A DNA stretch of 64,000 nucleotides from contig NC_043006.1 in assembly GCF_006345805.1 (NCBI RefSeq), forward strand, positions 35,092,001-35,156,000, in the 5' to 3' direction. Under the pieces are notes generated by a model that saw only the letters and a program-made list of their open reading frames with translations, did not search any database and was not told where the DNA came from. Source of the DNA: Octopus sinensis (taxonomy: Eukaryota). Positions 12,873-23,965 of this stretch are shown one piece after another (position 1 is the stretch's first letter; every line of letters begins with the position of its first letter). Both the position numbers and the translations under genes were made by a program.

Positions 12873-13499
12873 CTACATTTATAAATATACTCGCACGCAT
12901 ACGTATATTTTTGAATATAGGTTTAGAATATAGGATTTTGTTGTGGACGCCACCAGACGTTGAAGTAGGCTAGCCCAATACGTAGATATAGAGGGAGAAG
13001 TCTAGACGTCGAGAAGTTGAGTAGTGTTCATCCGAACGTGCGGCATAACAGTGGCTACGAGGATTTCGTACCTCACACATCCACTGTGTAGTATTGCGAT
13101 ATAACAGTTTTATATTCGAGCTACTTCAAGTTTCACGGCTCAAAGTGCACATATCGATGCTGAGCTAAAAAGATAAATATAAGAAATGGCCATCTATGCT
13201 CGAAATTGGAAGTTTTTACAAAATGAGAAGACCTCGACTAGATTTTGCTATGACAAAAGGTGTCATGTCAGCAGAAGATGGGGTTTCGAATCTCAAGGAC
13301 AGTCTTAAACATTCTCTATCCAAAAGGATCTTTTAGTTCAGCTATCATTTATAGTTTTTTCCTCAAAACAGAAATACTTCATGTTCTCCTGGGGTTTCGT
13401 CTAACGTCTCTGTAACATATTGTAGCAACCACCAATGCGATTGAAAGCCGCATGAGATGGGGTAGCCCCTCCGATAGGAAGGAGTCGAGAATCAATCAA

Positions 13500-13920
13500 A
13501 CCTAGTTAATTTGGAAATGACTGTGAATATGGCTATTACTTCGCACGACGTACGAAGTGCAAGCAAATTTGGATGCAAACTGTGCTGTAGGACCTTTTCA
13601 ACCGAGAAAGGCTTGCAAATAAATCAAGGAAAAACTTTTAGGAATCGGACAGATCACTGTGGGTCATCTGGATCGCAAAACATGGCAAATTATACCGGAC
13701 TCAAATCACAGCAGATCGATAAATGCTACAGCAAAGAAATTTTCCAGACAGAAAATACTGGTTATGAAACTGGTATATCATATAGTACTAGGAGGAAACC
13801 GAGAGTTCTGTGGCCTGCAGCTAATGAGAATGGAAGTTATAAAGAATTTGAGAACAAAATCTTTATAGAATGACAGGATCTACAGTAGAGAAAATGAGAA
13901 AGTTATCAAGCTCAATACGC
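13500..13920 (+). mobile_element. 5' fragment of an RLE LINE (HERO-like): zinc finger plus pre-RT motif
   Basis: ORF 13511-13873 has CKLCCRTFSTEKGLQINQGK (degenerate C2H2 finger) and RKPRVLWPAANENGSYKEFE. A frameshifted continuation reads MTGSTVEKMRKLSSSI. This matches the N-terminal architecture of HERO/R2-group elements. Confidence 0.65.
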
Positions 13921-14036
13921 GCATTCTCTCCTGATGACCTCATACACTTGCTGGCTTCCGGTATGCGGAGCATTCGACTGCTAGCACTTGCATGTGCAGA
14001 TTGTTTACAGAATACACACACACACACGCACACACA

Positions 14037-14100
<64 letters not shown>

Positions 14101-14129
14101 CACACACATATATATATATCTTTAACCTT

Positions 14130-14534
14130 TTATCTATTACTAGCTTCAGTCATTAGACTGCGGTCATGCTTTGGCACCGCCTTGAATGTTTAGTAGAAGC
14201 AATCGACCCCGCTACTTACTTTTTAAGCCTGGTACTTATTCTATCAGTCTCTTTTGACGAGCCGCTAAGTTACGGGGATCGTAAACACACCAACACCGGT
14301 TGTCAAGTGGTGATGGGGGTGGAGGACAAACAGACGGAAAGACACATAAATTTATATACATATTTATATATAGGGTGGGTTTCTTTTAGTTTCCGTCTAC
14401 CAAATCCACTCACATGGCTTTGGTCGGCCCGAAACCATAGTAGAAGACACTCGTCCAAGGTGCCACGCAGTGGGACTGAACCCGGAACCATGTGGTTGGG
14501 AAGCAAGCTACTTACCACATAGCCACTCTTGTGC

Positions 14535-14536
<2 letters not shown>
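14130..14536 (-). mobile_element. tRNA-derived SINE (family E) with internal microsatellite spacer
   Basis: Head gagtggctatgtggtaagtagcttgct...ggttcagtcccactgcg; tail ...cagcatgaccgcagtctaatgactgaa. Homologous to 52915-53270 and 53693-54172. Confidence 0.9.
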
Positions 14537-14582
<46 letters not shown>

Positions 14583-14588
<6 letters not shown>

Positions 14589-14800
14589 CTTTACTACCCA
14601 CAAGGGGCTAAACACAGAGAGGACAAACAAACGGATTAAGTCGATTATATCGACCCCAGTGCGTAACTGGTACTTATTTAATCGACCCCGAAAGGATGAA
14701 AGGTAAAGTCGACCTCGGCGGAATTTGAACTCACAACGTAGCGGCAGACGAAATACAGCTACACATTTCGCCCGGCGTGCTAACGTCTCTGCCAGCTCGC
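14583..14800 (-). mobile_element. tRNA-derived SINE (family B)
   Basis: Near-consensus copy (gagctggcaga.acgttagcacgccgggcgaaat...gagttcaaattccgccgaggtcgac...gtgggtagtaaagaaata). Confidence 0.92.
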
Positions 14801-15154
14801 ATACATATATATGCATGTATGCATGTATGTATGTATGTATGTATCTATACACTCACGCACACACACATATAACCTGTAACAGCATTTATAATACCTATTT
14901 ATAGTTATATGCAAAGGGAGAGAGGAAGTGAGACATAGAGAAGAACAGAAAAATAAAGAGATGCATATGTACGCTATATGTGCACCAGAGAAAAAAAGAG
15001 TGACTGAAAAAGAGAGAGAGAGAGAGAGAGAGAACGAGAAATATCCTGTACATTACATTTACAAGTATTTATGGCTCTATACTTGTAACTCTTTCTAATA
15101 TGTACTTATATGAGTGTGTATGTGTGTGTGTGTATAGATACATGAGTGTGTGGT

Positions 15155-15200
<46 letters not shown>

Positions 15201-15764
15201 TGAGTGTGTGCATGTGTGTTTATCTGTACGCTCGTGTGGATTTGTGAGTGTTTTTTCGTGCGTGATTCTACACACGCACGGATTCCTTTATTTCATTATA
15301 TCTTGGTGTCTAGACAATATTATTCCGTTGAACCTGATCGAGAAAGAGGCCATCTGTATCACTTGATTCTGATTGAAGGAATACATACACACACATCACA
15401 AACACACACACAGACTGTTGACATACACTCGAAAACATACTCACGCATTAGCACAAAGACTAAAATAGATTAAAATTGAATGGCTGTGTGACATTAACAA
15501 ATCATTATCTTGTTTTGCAATGACAGGGCTTTTTAACCTCTTCATATCAAATATAAATGAAAATTTCCCATATTGTCATAATAATAACAGTATGTCTTAT
15601 GTGCTTATCTGTTACTTATTTCAACATTAGATTGTAGCCATGCTGTGGCATCATCTTGAAGAATTTTTAGTCGAATGAATCGACCAAACAGTCATCAACA
15701 TCTACAGGAATAGTATTTTCCCACCAAATATGTTAGTGTCATCTTTAAAAACTATCATCATAAC

Positions 15765-15822
15765 TTCCGTCGTCATCATCATCGTCATCATCATCGTCAT
15801 CATCAGCTTCATCATCATCAGC

Positions 15823-15884
<62 letters not shown>

Positions 15885-15888
15885 TATT
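15765..15888. repeat. (CAT)n microsatellite
   Basis: Directly visible. Confidence 0.95.
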
Positions 15889-16706
15889 CGTACAATCATT
15901 ATGTCGAAAAGCGTTATATAATGTTATATAACTAAAAACCAAAAGTAATTATTTAATTGTCCTCTTTAGTGCTTTCTCGTTTTGGGGAAAATACTTGGAA
16001 TTCTGAATTCATTTTCATTGTTTTTTTTCGCCGCTACTACCAAAACAAAACGATAACAGATTTAACAAACGCCCCCTCCTAACAATTCGAATGTAAACAA
16101 ACATCTTTCTGCAGACAGTTGACAGTAGAAAAGAAAAAAAAAATCAATAGTACAGTAGAATACATTTATTCCACAACACGGAAAAATAATGAATTTCTGA
16201 GAGAAAACGAGACAATTAATAGAAGAACAACAAAGACATAAATATAAACATATTTGCTCTCCTAGTGAATTGAAATGTATGGCTTAATGGTTAAGATGTT
16301 GTATTCATGATTGTAAGATTGTGGGTTCGATTCATGGATTGGGTAATATGTTGTGCTCTTGGACAAAATCTCTTCCTTTCGCGTTATTCGAGTGTAAGAT
16401 TGTATACGCCTGCAACAGGTCGGTGCCTGTCTCGAGAATGAATATATACGCAACAGGACCCAGAAACTCGCCTTATGACTCGAGATAGGAATCGTGTGAA
16501 GCCTTCCTCGAGCAATTTGGTCTTCGATTTGAATGTTATGAAGGGTAAAGTTCTGCTTGAACAACCTGCATTTCATGGGTACTGCTTCGATATCCTTTAG
16601 CACACTGCAAGCAATAACGAGAATGTTTTATCCGTGCTTTGCGAAGAATCCTAAGAGCACTCGTGCATTCGAAAGAGGAATTTCATGAAGACTTTAGCAG
16701 TGTCTG

Positions 16707-16742
<36 letters not shown>

Positions 16743-16985
16743 GTCTGGCAAGGAAGAAACTACAGAAATCTATGCATAACATTGGTATTAGCAATAGACT
16801 GGAAGTTTGGTCATTATCGATTTCATTGAAAGTAAAGCTAGACACGTAATTCTCTCTTCCTCAACTATTCATATAAGTGTGAACGCATGCGCCTGTCAAT
16901 ACACGTGCCATACATACTCACATATACAGACACATACATACACACTCACACACATACATATATATATAAGCACATATATATGTAG

Positions 16986-17043
16986 CTTTATGCATATGTT
17001 TCTATGTGCGTGTACTTAGGTAAATGTATATATTTATGTGTAT

Positions 17044-17119
<76 letters not shown>

Positions 17120-17131
17120 CATACATATATA

Positions 17132-17166
<35 letters not shown>

Positions 17167-17284
17167 GTAAGTTATATATGTATATCTTATATACATTTAT
17201 ACATATATATATATATATAAGATGTATATACACATGAATATATACATTTACTTATGTACACGCACATAGACACATATGCATAAA

Positions 17285-17285
<1 letters not shown>
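16986..17285. repeat. Fold-back palindrome with about 80-bp arms around a (TA)n-rich centre
   Basis: ctttatgcatatgtttctatgtgcgtgtacttaggtaaatgtatatatttatgtgtatatacatcttatat versus its reverse complement at about 17205-17285, with a handful of substitutions. Confidence 0.88.
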
Positions 17286-17359
<74 letters not shown>

Positions 17360-17964
17360 TGTATATATGTATGTACGTATGTGCGTATATATGTATGTAT
17401 GTATGTATGTAGGTAGGTAGGTAGGTAGGTACGTACGTATGTATGTAACGAATAATTGAAATTCAGATAAGAACACAGGATTAAAAAAAAAACTCGCCTC
17501 GCCATTAAAATTCAAATACGTATGTTTCCCTTAGGAAACATACGATTTTCTACAACTGTTTTATTTCATATGCATTTACCAATCCTTCTCTTTCCTACGT
17601 CTGTATGTGTGCAATCCGTAACGTTTGTGTATGTAGTTGCGTCTCCTAATGGAATTAACCATATTTGAATTTTAATGCTGCGTTGTTTTTTGTGCTCTGT
17701 TATTAACTGCAGTTAAGCGATACAGTTTGTTAGTGGTTAAGTATGTTTCCCCAAAGATGATGGAATAAGAAAGTATTAGTGAAAAGTTTTATGTTCTTGA
17801 AATTCCCTTAGGAAACCTACGATTTTCTACAACAGTTTGGCTTATGTTGGATCTGTAACACTTCTTTAATACAAAATGTACAACAGTTATAACAAATGCA
17901 AGCACAACTCCGAATTTCCGGGCCCTGATAGTCCGGGGCCTTACATCAGATCAGATTTGGGAAC

Positions 17965-18612
17965 AGCGTGTTGCTGCATTCACCATTTGTCGGTATATTC
18001 CCGGGTCTCCCCGGGCGCTGTGTCGGATGGAGTTCCAGTTGGATAGAGTCCAAGCCGGATGGAGTCCCCATCACCACAAGATCTCTCTTCATCCGCCATG
18101 TCTATGTGCCATGTGGTTCACCAACACAAGCCATCAACCCTGCCGGATCTTCAGGGAGTAGAACTCAGTAAATAGGGTCTAACTTGGAAAATTGAGCAAT
18201 ATAGTCAAACACTGTGAGTTTGTCCTCCCAAATAATACAAGAAACAGCGCATCCCAGTTTCTGAGAAGAATCATTGCTTAGATACGACATCCAACCAATA
18301 GTAACCCGTAATCCTGCGAAGTATCCTGGTAAGAAAAATGTTCAGACGGTATTAAGGGCCTCGGATAGTGTCCAAATCTCACAAGTACAGAGGAGAAGAG
18401 AGAAGACCAGAGACCTAGAGATCTAAAGCTTTGTCCTCCAACTCTAGTTTCTGCAGGCCCAAATAGCCTCGTCCAATGTGTCCATCACTGCACCAGATCG
18501 TCCGTGTATTTTAGGGCTTCAGCCCCACATCTAATACCGTTATGAATCTCACTGCCGAAATAAATGAAGCGGTCAACCACTTTGACATTGTAACCCGCAC
18601 AGGAGACAAATG
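17965..18612 (-). mobile_element. RTE-clade LINE 3' end, degenerate
   Basis: The minus frames give SCAGYNVKVVDRFIYFGSEIH...AVMDTLDEAIWACR..WRTKL..SRSLVFSLLLCTCEIWTL...ILRRITGYYWLDVVS...YRQMVNAATRC. This is the typical RTE post-RT region (FTYLGS, LLYGCETWTL, YRRKVDAATRC), with stops and frameshifts. Confidence 0.85.
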
Positions 18613-18624
18613 ACGTGGAATCCT

Positions 18625-18785
18625 CAAATATTTTAGTTTCCGTCTACCAAATCCACTCACAAGTCTTTGGTCGATCTGGGGCTATAGTAAAGGACATTTG
18701 CCCAAGGTGCCATGCAGTGGGATTTAACCCAGAACCATGTGGTTGGGAAGCAAGCTACTTACCACACAGCCACTCTTGCACCTAT
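18625..18785 (-). mobile_element. SINE family E, 5' half
   Basis: Homologous to 14375-14536. Confidence 0.85.
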
Positions 18786-19049
18786 AAAAATACATGCAAA
18801 CATATATATGTTTGTAATGTATGCACAGACACACAAACTCATAAATGAATATAATATATGCGTGTATGACGTCAGAATTGGCAGATTGGAGTTAAGATAG
18901 CATGGCTAAATCATTATCTTAGATATTCGTCTTCTATATTTACATGAACAACCCGATAACCATTTCCAACATCCTCGAGCAATTAAGCTATCAAGGACCA
19001 GACGAAGTAGTTTATGCTTACATCACTCCACGTTCAAGAGGTCGGCTGA

Positions 19050-19202
19050 AATTTATAATGAGATACCAAAAACACAAACACTGTGTGTAGTTTAAGATAA
19101 ACAACTCGATAGAAATAGTAAAGAATCGTCTGAAAGTGTACTCACTTCAGATGAGACTGTGCAACTATGTCAGTAAATTTCTATGTATAAACTATACATA
19201 AC

Positions 19203-19235
<33 letters not shown>

Positions 19236-19241
19236 GACACA

Positions 19242-19323
<82 letters not shown>

Positions 19324-19447
19324 TACATATACACACACATATATAGACATATATATACACACATATATATATATTTACATACATATATATATATATATAT
19401 ATATACATATATATACATACATATATAAACATACATATACATATGTA
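19050..19447 (+). repeat. Copy 1 of a local direct duplication (copy 2 at 21654-22002)
   Basis: About 150 bp of unique sequence (aatttataatgagataccaaaaacac...gtcagtaaatttctatgtataaactatacat) plus the same compound microsatellite pattern, with few substitutions. Confidence 0.92.
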
Positions 19448-19522
19448 TATATAGCAAAATTTAGATTCAAATGAATATAGTACTTAAGTTAGATGCACCA
19501 GAATTTTGAATGGTGTTATCCA

Positions 19523-19568
<46 letters not shown>

Positions 19569-19570
19569 TA

Positions 19571-19612
<42 letters not shown>

Positions 19613-19896
19613 TATGCCCACTTATTTCTATGTAAATGTATAAATGTATACGTTGATATATGTACATAACTTGTTCTCATATAAATGTATGTACATATTG
19701 CACGGGCATATCTGCATGCTAAATAGCTTGCCTGTCAACCACATAGTTTCATATTCAATCCCTAGCCCTTTGCCAAGTCTTTTCTACATTATAGCGAACA
19801 AACGCCTTGTAGGGGGGCTTTGATAGACGAAAACTAAATGACTAGAAGACTATGATATATACATACTCACACACACACACATATATATATATATAT

Positions 19897-20010
19897 CACG
19901 TGATCACGTGACCGACCATACCATCAGATGTTGCTACACATCGCTGGTCACAATGCGTTCGCATTGTTTTAGCATTCGAATGACGCCACCCCGCTGGCTA
20001 AGCGAGCAGG

Positions 20011-20012
<2 letters not shown>
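19897..20012 (-). mobile_element. SINE family A, 3' part
   Basis: Reverse complement of the 11585-11706 tail. Confidence 0.88.
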
Positions 20013-20104
<92 letters not shown>

Positions 20105-20105
<1 letters not shown>

Positions 20106-20325
20106 ATCTATCTATCTAATGTGACCTCGTGTGTACCGTTGGCGATTTTTTTCCTCTGTCTTCCCTTCTCTGGATCTTTCCTTCTCCTATGTTTCCGACG
20201 AAGAGCTCCGCTCGAAACGTTAGATCCTCCTTCTTTCCTTCTTTCCTGAGCGTCCAATAATACTATATTTGTTCCACGTCCTCGAGTTGCTGTGTTTTTT
20301 TGTGCTTTCTTGTTTAGATTAACTT

Positions 20326-20330
<5 letters not shown>
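20105..20330 (+). mobile_element. Penelope-like terminal repeat fragment with a degenerate hammerhead-like motif
   Basis: gtttCCGACGAaGAGCtccGCTCGAAACGTTAgatc (20191-20227): core variant, 4-bp stem II, palindromic AACGTT stem III and weak stem I. Confidence 0.55.
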
Positions 20331-20371
<41 letters not shown>

Positions 20372-20469
20372 TGACAATATAGGGTGAAATTAATTAATTT
20401 GGAATAATTATCAATTACACCAAGTAGATTTCGGCATGTAAAAGCCTCATTCGAGGAAAATTTAAGTAA

Positions 20470-20943
20470 TACTAAGCAATTAAGGGTTTAGCAACGAATT
20501 GCCTCACCTACACGCGGGTGGGAAGGGGCTGGTGACACAAACTTTCATTCACACTTTGAATTTGGTGGTACTGGTAACGGCTTTAGCTCGCTCTGATACT
20601 GAGTTGAGATGATGCCTTCTAGTATCTCGAAATTTAATATACAATTATTCATAATTGTAGTGTCCTACGCTGATGAGAAAAGAAGTTGGGTAAGATATAA
20701 TTATCTAATTCTTATGCTTTCCTAAAACTTAATTTCGAAACGTACGTCCGTAGGTAACTTAAAATTGTATGATAGATTGCCGTCATTTCATTCTCTCTTA
20801 CCTGTCTGTGTTTGCCTTTCAAGTGCTGTGTTTTTACTGAGATCTCCCTTTTAGTAGAAAGAATAGCTATAACTCTTTGACTGCTATTTCTAAATTCGGT
20901 GTGTGGTGAGGCAATTCGTTGCTAAACCCTTAATTGCTTAGTA
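20470..20943 (+). mobile_element. Penelope-like terminal-repeat segment bounded by a 39-bp inverted repeat
   Basis: tactaagcaattaagggtttagcaacgaattgcctcacc (20470-20508) versus ggtgaggcaattcgttgctaaacccttaattgcttagta (about 20905-20943). It contains a hammerhead and lies next to a PLE RT fragment. Confidence 0.7.
20664..20754 (+). ncRNA. Canonical type I hammerhead ribozyme
   Basis: Stem I CCTACG(20664-69)/CGTAGG(20749-54). CTGATGA 20670-76. Stem II GAAA..AAGTT/AACTT..TTTC. GAAA 20737-40. Palindromic stem III ACGTACGT 20740-47. GTC cleavage triplet (after 20748). Confidence 0.85.
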
Positions 20944-20974
20944 TATATATATATACATCTATCTATATATAGAA

Positions 20975-21047
<73 letters not shown>

Positions 21048-21050
<3 letters not shown>

Positions 21051-21350
21051 AATTTTATATCTGCAACTCTGAATTCAAAGGGAACAATTTCTACGGATTG
21101 CCTAAAGTCCACAAAAGCTCCGAAATACAAAGTGCCATAAATAAGCTGAAGAACGAGTGCTTAAAAATACTAAGGCCTGCTGATCTCCAACTAAAACAAT
21201 AGTTGTTGGACCTGAAGCGCCAATACAACAACAAAGTCATTTTTTAGGTATACTCCTAAAACCTTCGTGCCCATTAATACCCAGTTACGTACGGGATGGC
21301 ATAGATTTCATCCAGCACATCCCACCTACTGTCCCGGAACGTATTATGCT
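21048..21350 (+). pseudogene. Penelope-like element reverse transcriptase fragment
   Basis: EKFYICNSEFKGNNFYGLPKVHKSSEIQSAINKLKNECLKILRPADLQLK/IVVGPEAPIQQQSHF.GILLKPSCPLIPSYVRDGIDFIQHIP. The FYGLPKxHK, (RP)IVxGP and SYVRDxxDF motifs of PLE RT are present, with frameshifts. Confidence 0.85.
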
Positions 21351-21653
21351 TAAAAGGGGTAAAATCAGACAGTTCAGCTGAATTTTTTGTGCGTGGCATG
21401 GTTACTTTTCACTAATGTTTAATATAATGGCATCTGGAATGAAAAAGGATAATTACATTGTAAATTGTACGCTGCTGAAAATATATTAAGACGCTTAGAT
21501 CAGATATTTTGAAAATTTAAGATGTTTATTTACTCCCTGCATGTCTATTTCTATATATCTTAATTTTGTGAAAGCATTTGTGGTGAGGGCAGTTTAGCTT
21601 AATGGTTCAGAGCACTGCGACGCGTAATTACAGTGGTATGAGTTCGTGTTTAT

Positions 21654-22002
21654 AATTTATAATGAGATACCAAAAACACAAGCACCGTGTGTAGTTTAAC
21701 ATAAACAACTCGATAGAAATAGTAAAGAATCGTCTGAAAGTGTACTCGTTTCAGATGAGACTGTGCAACTACGTCAGTAAATTTCTATGTATAAACTATA
21801 CATAACACACACACACACGCACACACACACACACACACAGACACACGCATATATATATATATATATGTATGTATATATATATTTATATATATATACACAC
21901 ACACACATATATAGACATATATATATATACACATATATATATTTACATATATATATATATACACATATATACATACATATATAAACATACATATACATAT
22001 GT
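21654..22002 (+). repeat. Copy 2 of the direct duplication of 19050-19447
   Basis: See copy 1. Confidence 0.92.
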
Positions 22003-22052
22003 AAAAAAATTCGCCAACGGTACACACGAGGTCACATTAGATAGATTGATAG

Positions 22053-22091
<39 letters not shown>

Positions 22092-22171
22092 CCTGCTCGC
22101 TTAGCCAGCGGGGTGGCGTCATTCGAATGCTAAAACAATGCGAACGCATTGTGACCAGCGATGTGTAGCAA
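22003..22171 (-). repeat. Inverted copy of 19931-20152 (SINE A tail, TA repeat and PLE repeat start)
   Basis: aaaaaattcgccaacggtacacacgaggtcacattagatagat...ggcctgctcgcttagccagc...gatgtgtagcaa is the reverse complement of 19931-20152. Confidence 0.92.
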
Positions 22172-22296
22172 GACTTTTTTCTGCAAAATAGTGGTAGCTT
22201 ATCATGTTCAGGCTATATTATTAGCATTATCCTGCGTTTGAGAATTTAAAATCACTTCTTTAACTTTCTAAGAAGTTTGTTTGCTTTCATCGGAAT

Positions 22297-22354
<58 letters not shown>

Positions 22355-22772
22355 CATATATGTGTTGTATCTATCTGCATATCTGCGTACACGACGCGCA
22401 CACGTAGACCAACACACGCACATAAATTTACCGAAATAATGTTTAATTTTGTTTTCCTGCATTAATGTCCACAGAGGGATTAGAATATTTCAAACACAAC
22501 AAAGAGACTTATAAATTCGAGTTAATGGCTACCACATCGTTTGCATAAATGTGAAGCATACATCAATGAAAACATCATGTATTTATGCATTAAATGGATT
22601 TATATTTAATCTGACTTTAAGGTGTTTATGGGCACACGCTAACATACCCCACCCACAGACACACAAACACGCATGTATATATATTTATACATACATATAT
22701 ATTCATATATGGGTGTGCGTTTGTGTGCCTAATAACACACATATTTATATCTATAGCTATACATATATATTT

Positions 22773-22807
<35 letters not shown>

Positions 22808-22995
22808 TATATATACATACATACATATATATGTATATATACACACATTCATACATATATATGTATAAATATATGAGCATATGTATGTATATATAGATGC
22901 ATGCATATGTAAGATTCTACACAAGTCTAGCAGTTACATTCATCACATATTTTTGTACCTCAATTAGCAAATGCACTGCACAGGTACACGACTCT

Positions 22996-23035
<40 letters not shown>

Positions 23036-23260
23036 CTGTCTGTGTGTATGAGTATGTGTATATATATGTGTATATATATATATGTTCCCAAGGTGCCACG
23101 TAGTAGGATTGAAGCCAGAATCATGTGGTTGTGAAGGAAGAGATAGATGTGCCGGCTTTCTAACAAAAATATAGATTGTCAAATATAATAATGGTGCAAA
23201 ATGAGTAGCTGTCAATCTTTACCATATATCTAACTACAAATTTCATACTTGACGACCTAC

Positions 23261-23383
23261 TACATAATTATATAAGGGAAAAAGAAAAAATCCTGATCCA
23301 ACATGTAACTTTTTTTGGCGTATTCTTATATGTTGGAGTAGGATTTTATTCCTGTTTTTCCTGCTCCCTTTTATAATTATGTA
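23261..23383. repeat. Imperfect hairpin or MITE-like inverted repeat
   Basis: tacataattata.aaggga...aaaatcct.atccaacat pairs with atgttgga.taggatttt...tccctt.tataattatgta. Confidence 0.65.
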
Positions 23384-23413
23384 ATTTATATGTATAATTA
23401 TTATTTTAGTGCA

Positions 23414-23508
<95 letters not shown>

Positions 23509-23756
23509 ATAAATAAATGTATGTATATATATATATATGACATGCAAAGGTACATGAAGCTCAGTTAAAACTACAGCCGGCTACTACCGGTAAAGGTAGT
23601 AGTTGCCAATTCTGTACATGACATTGTAGACCTTTAGCTGGGCTAAAAAGTCACATTCGATCACAGCACCAGTAACAGTTAAGCTTCGTGCAATGGCCTT
23701 ACTCGATAACGAGGGGGCAGCCATAATATATATATGTATGTATGAATAAATATATG

Positions 23757-23826
<70 letters not shown>

Positions 23827-23856
23827 TATATATATATGTATGTATGTATGGATGTA

Positions 23857-23900
<44 letters not shown>

Positions 23901-23932
23901 CCCATATACATATATATTTATCTCTCTCTTAC

Positions 23933-23965
<33 letters not shown>

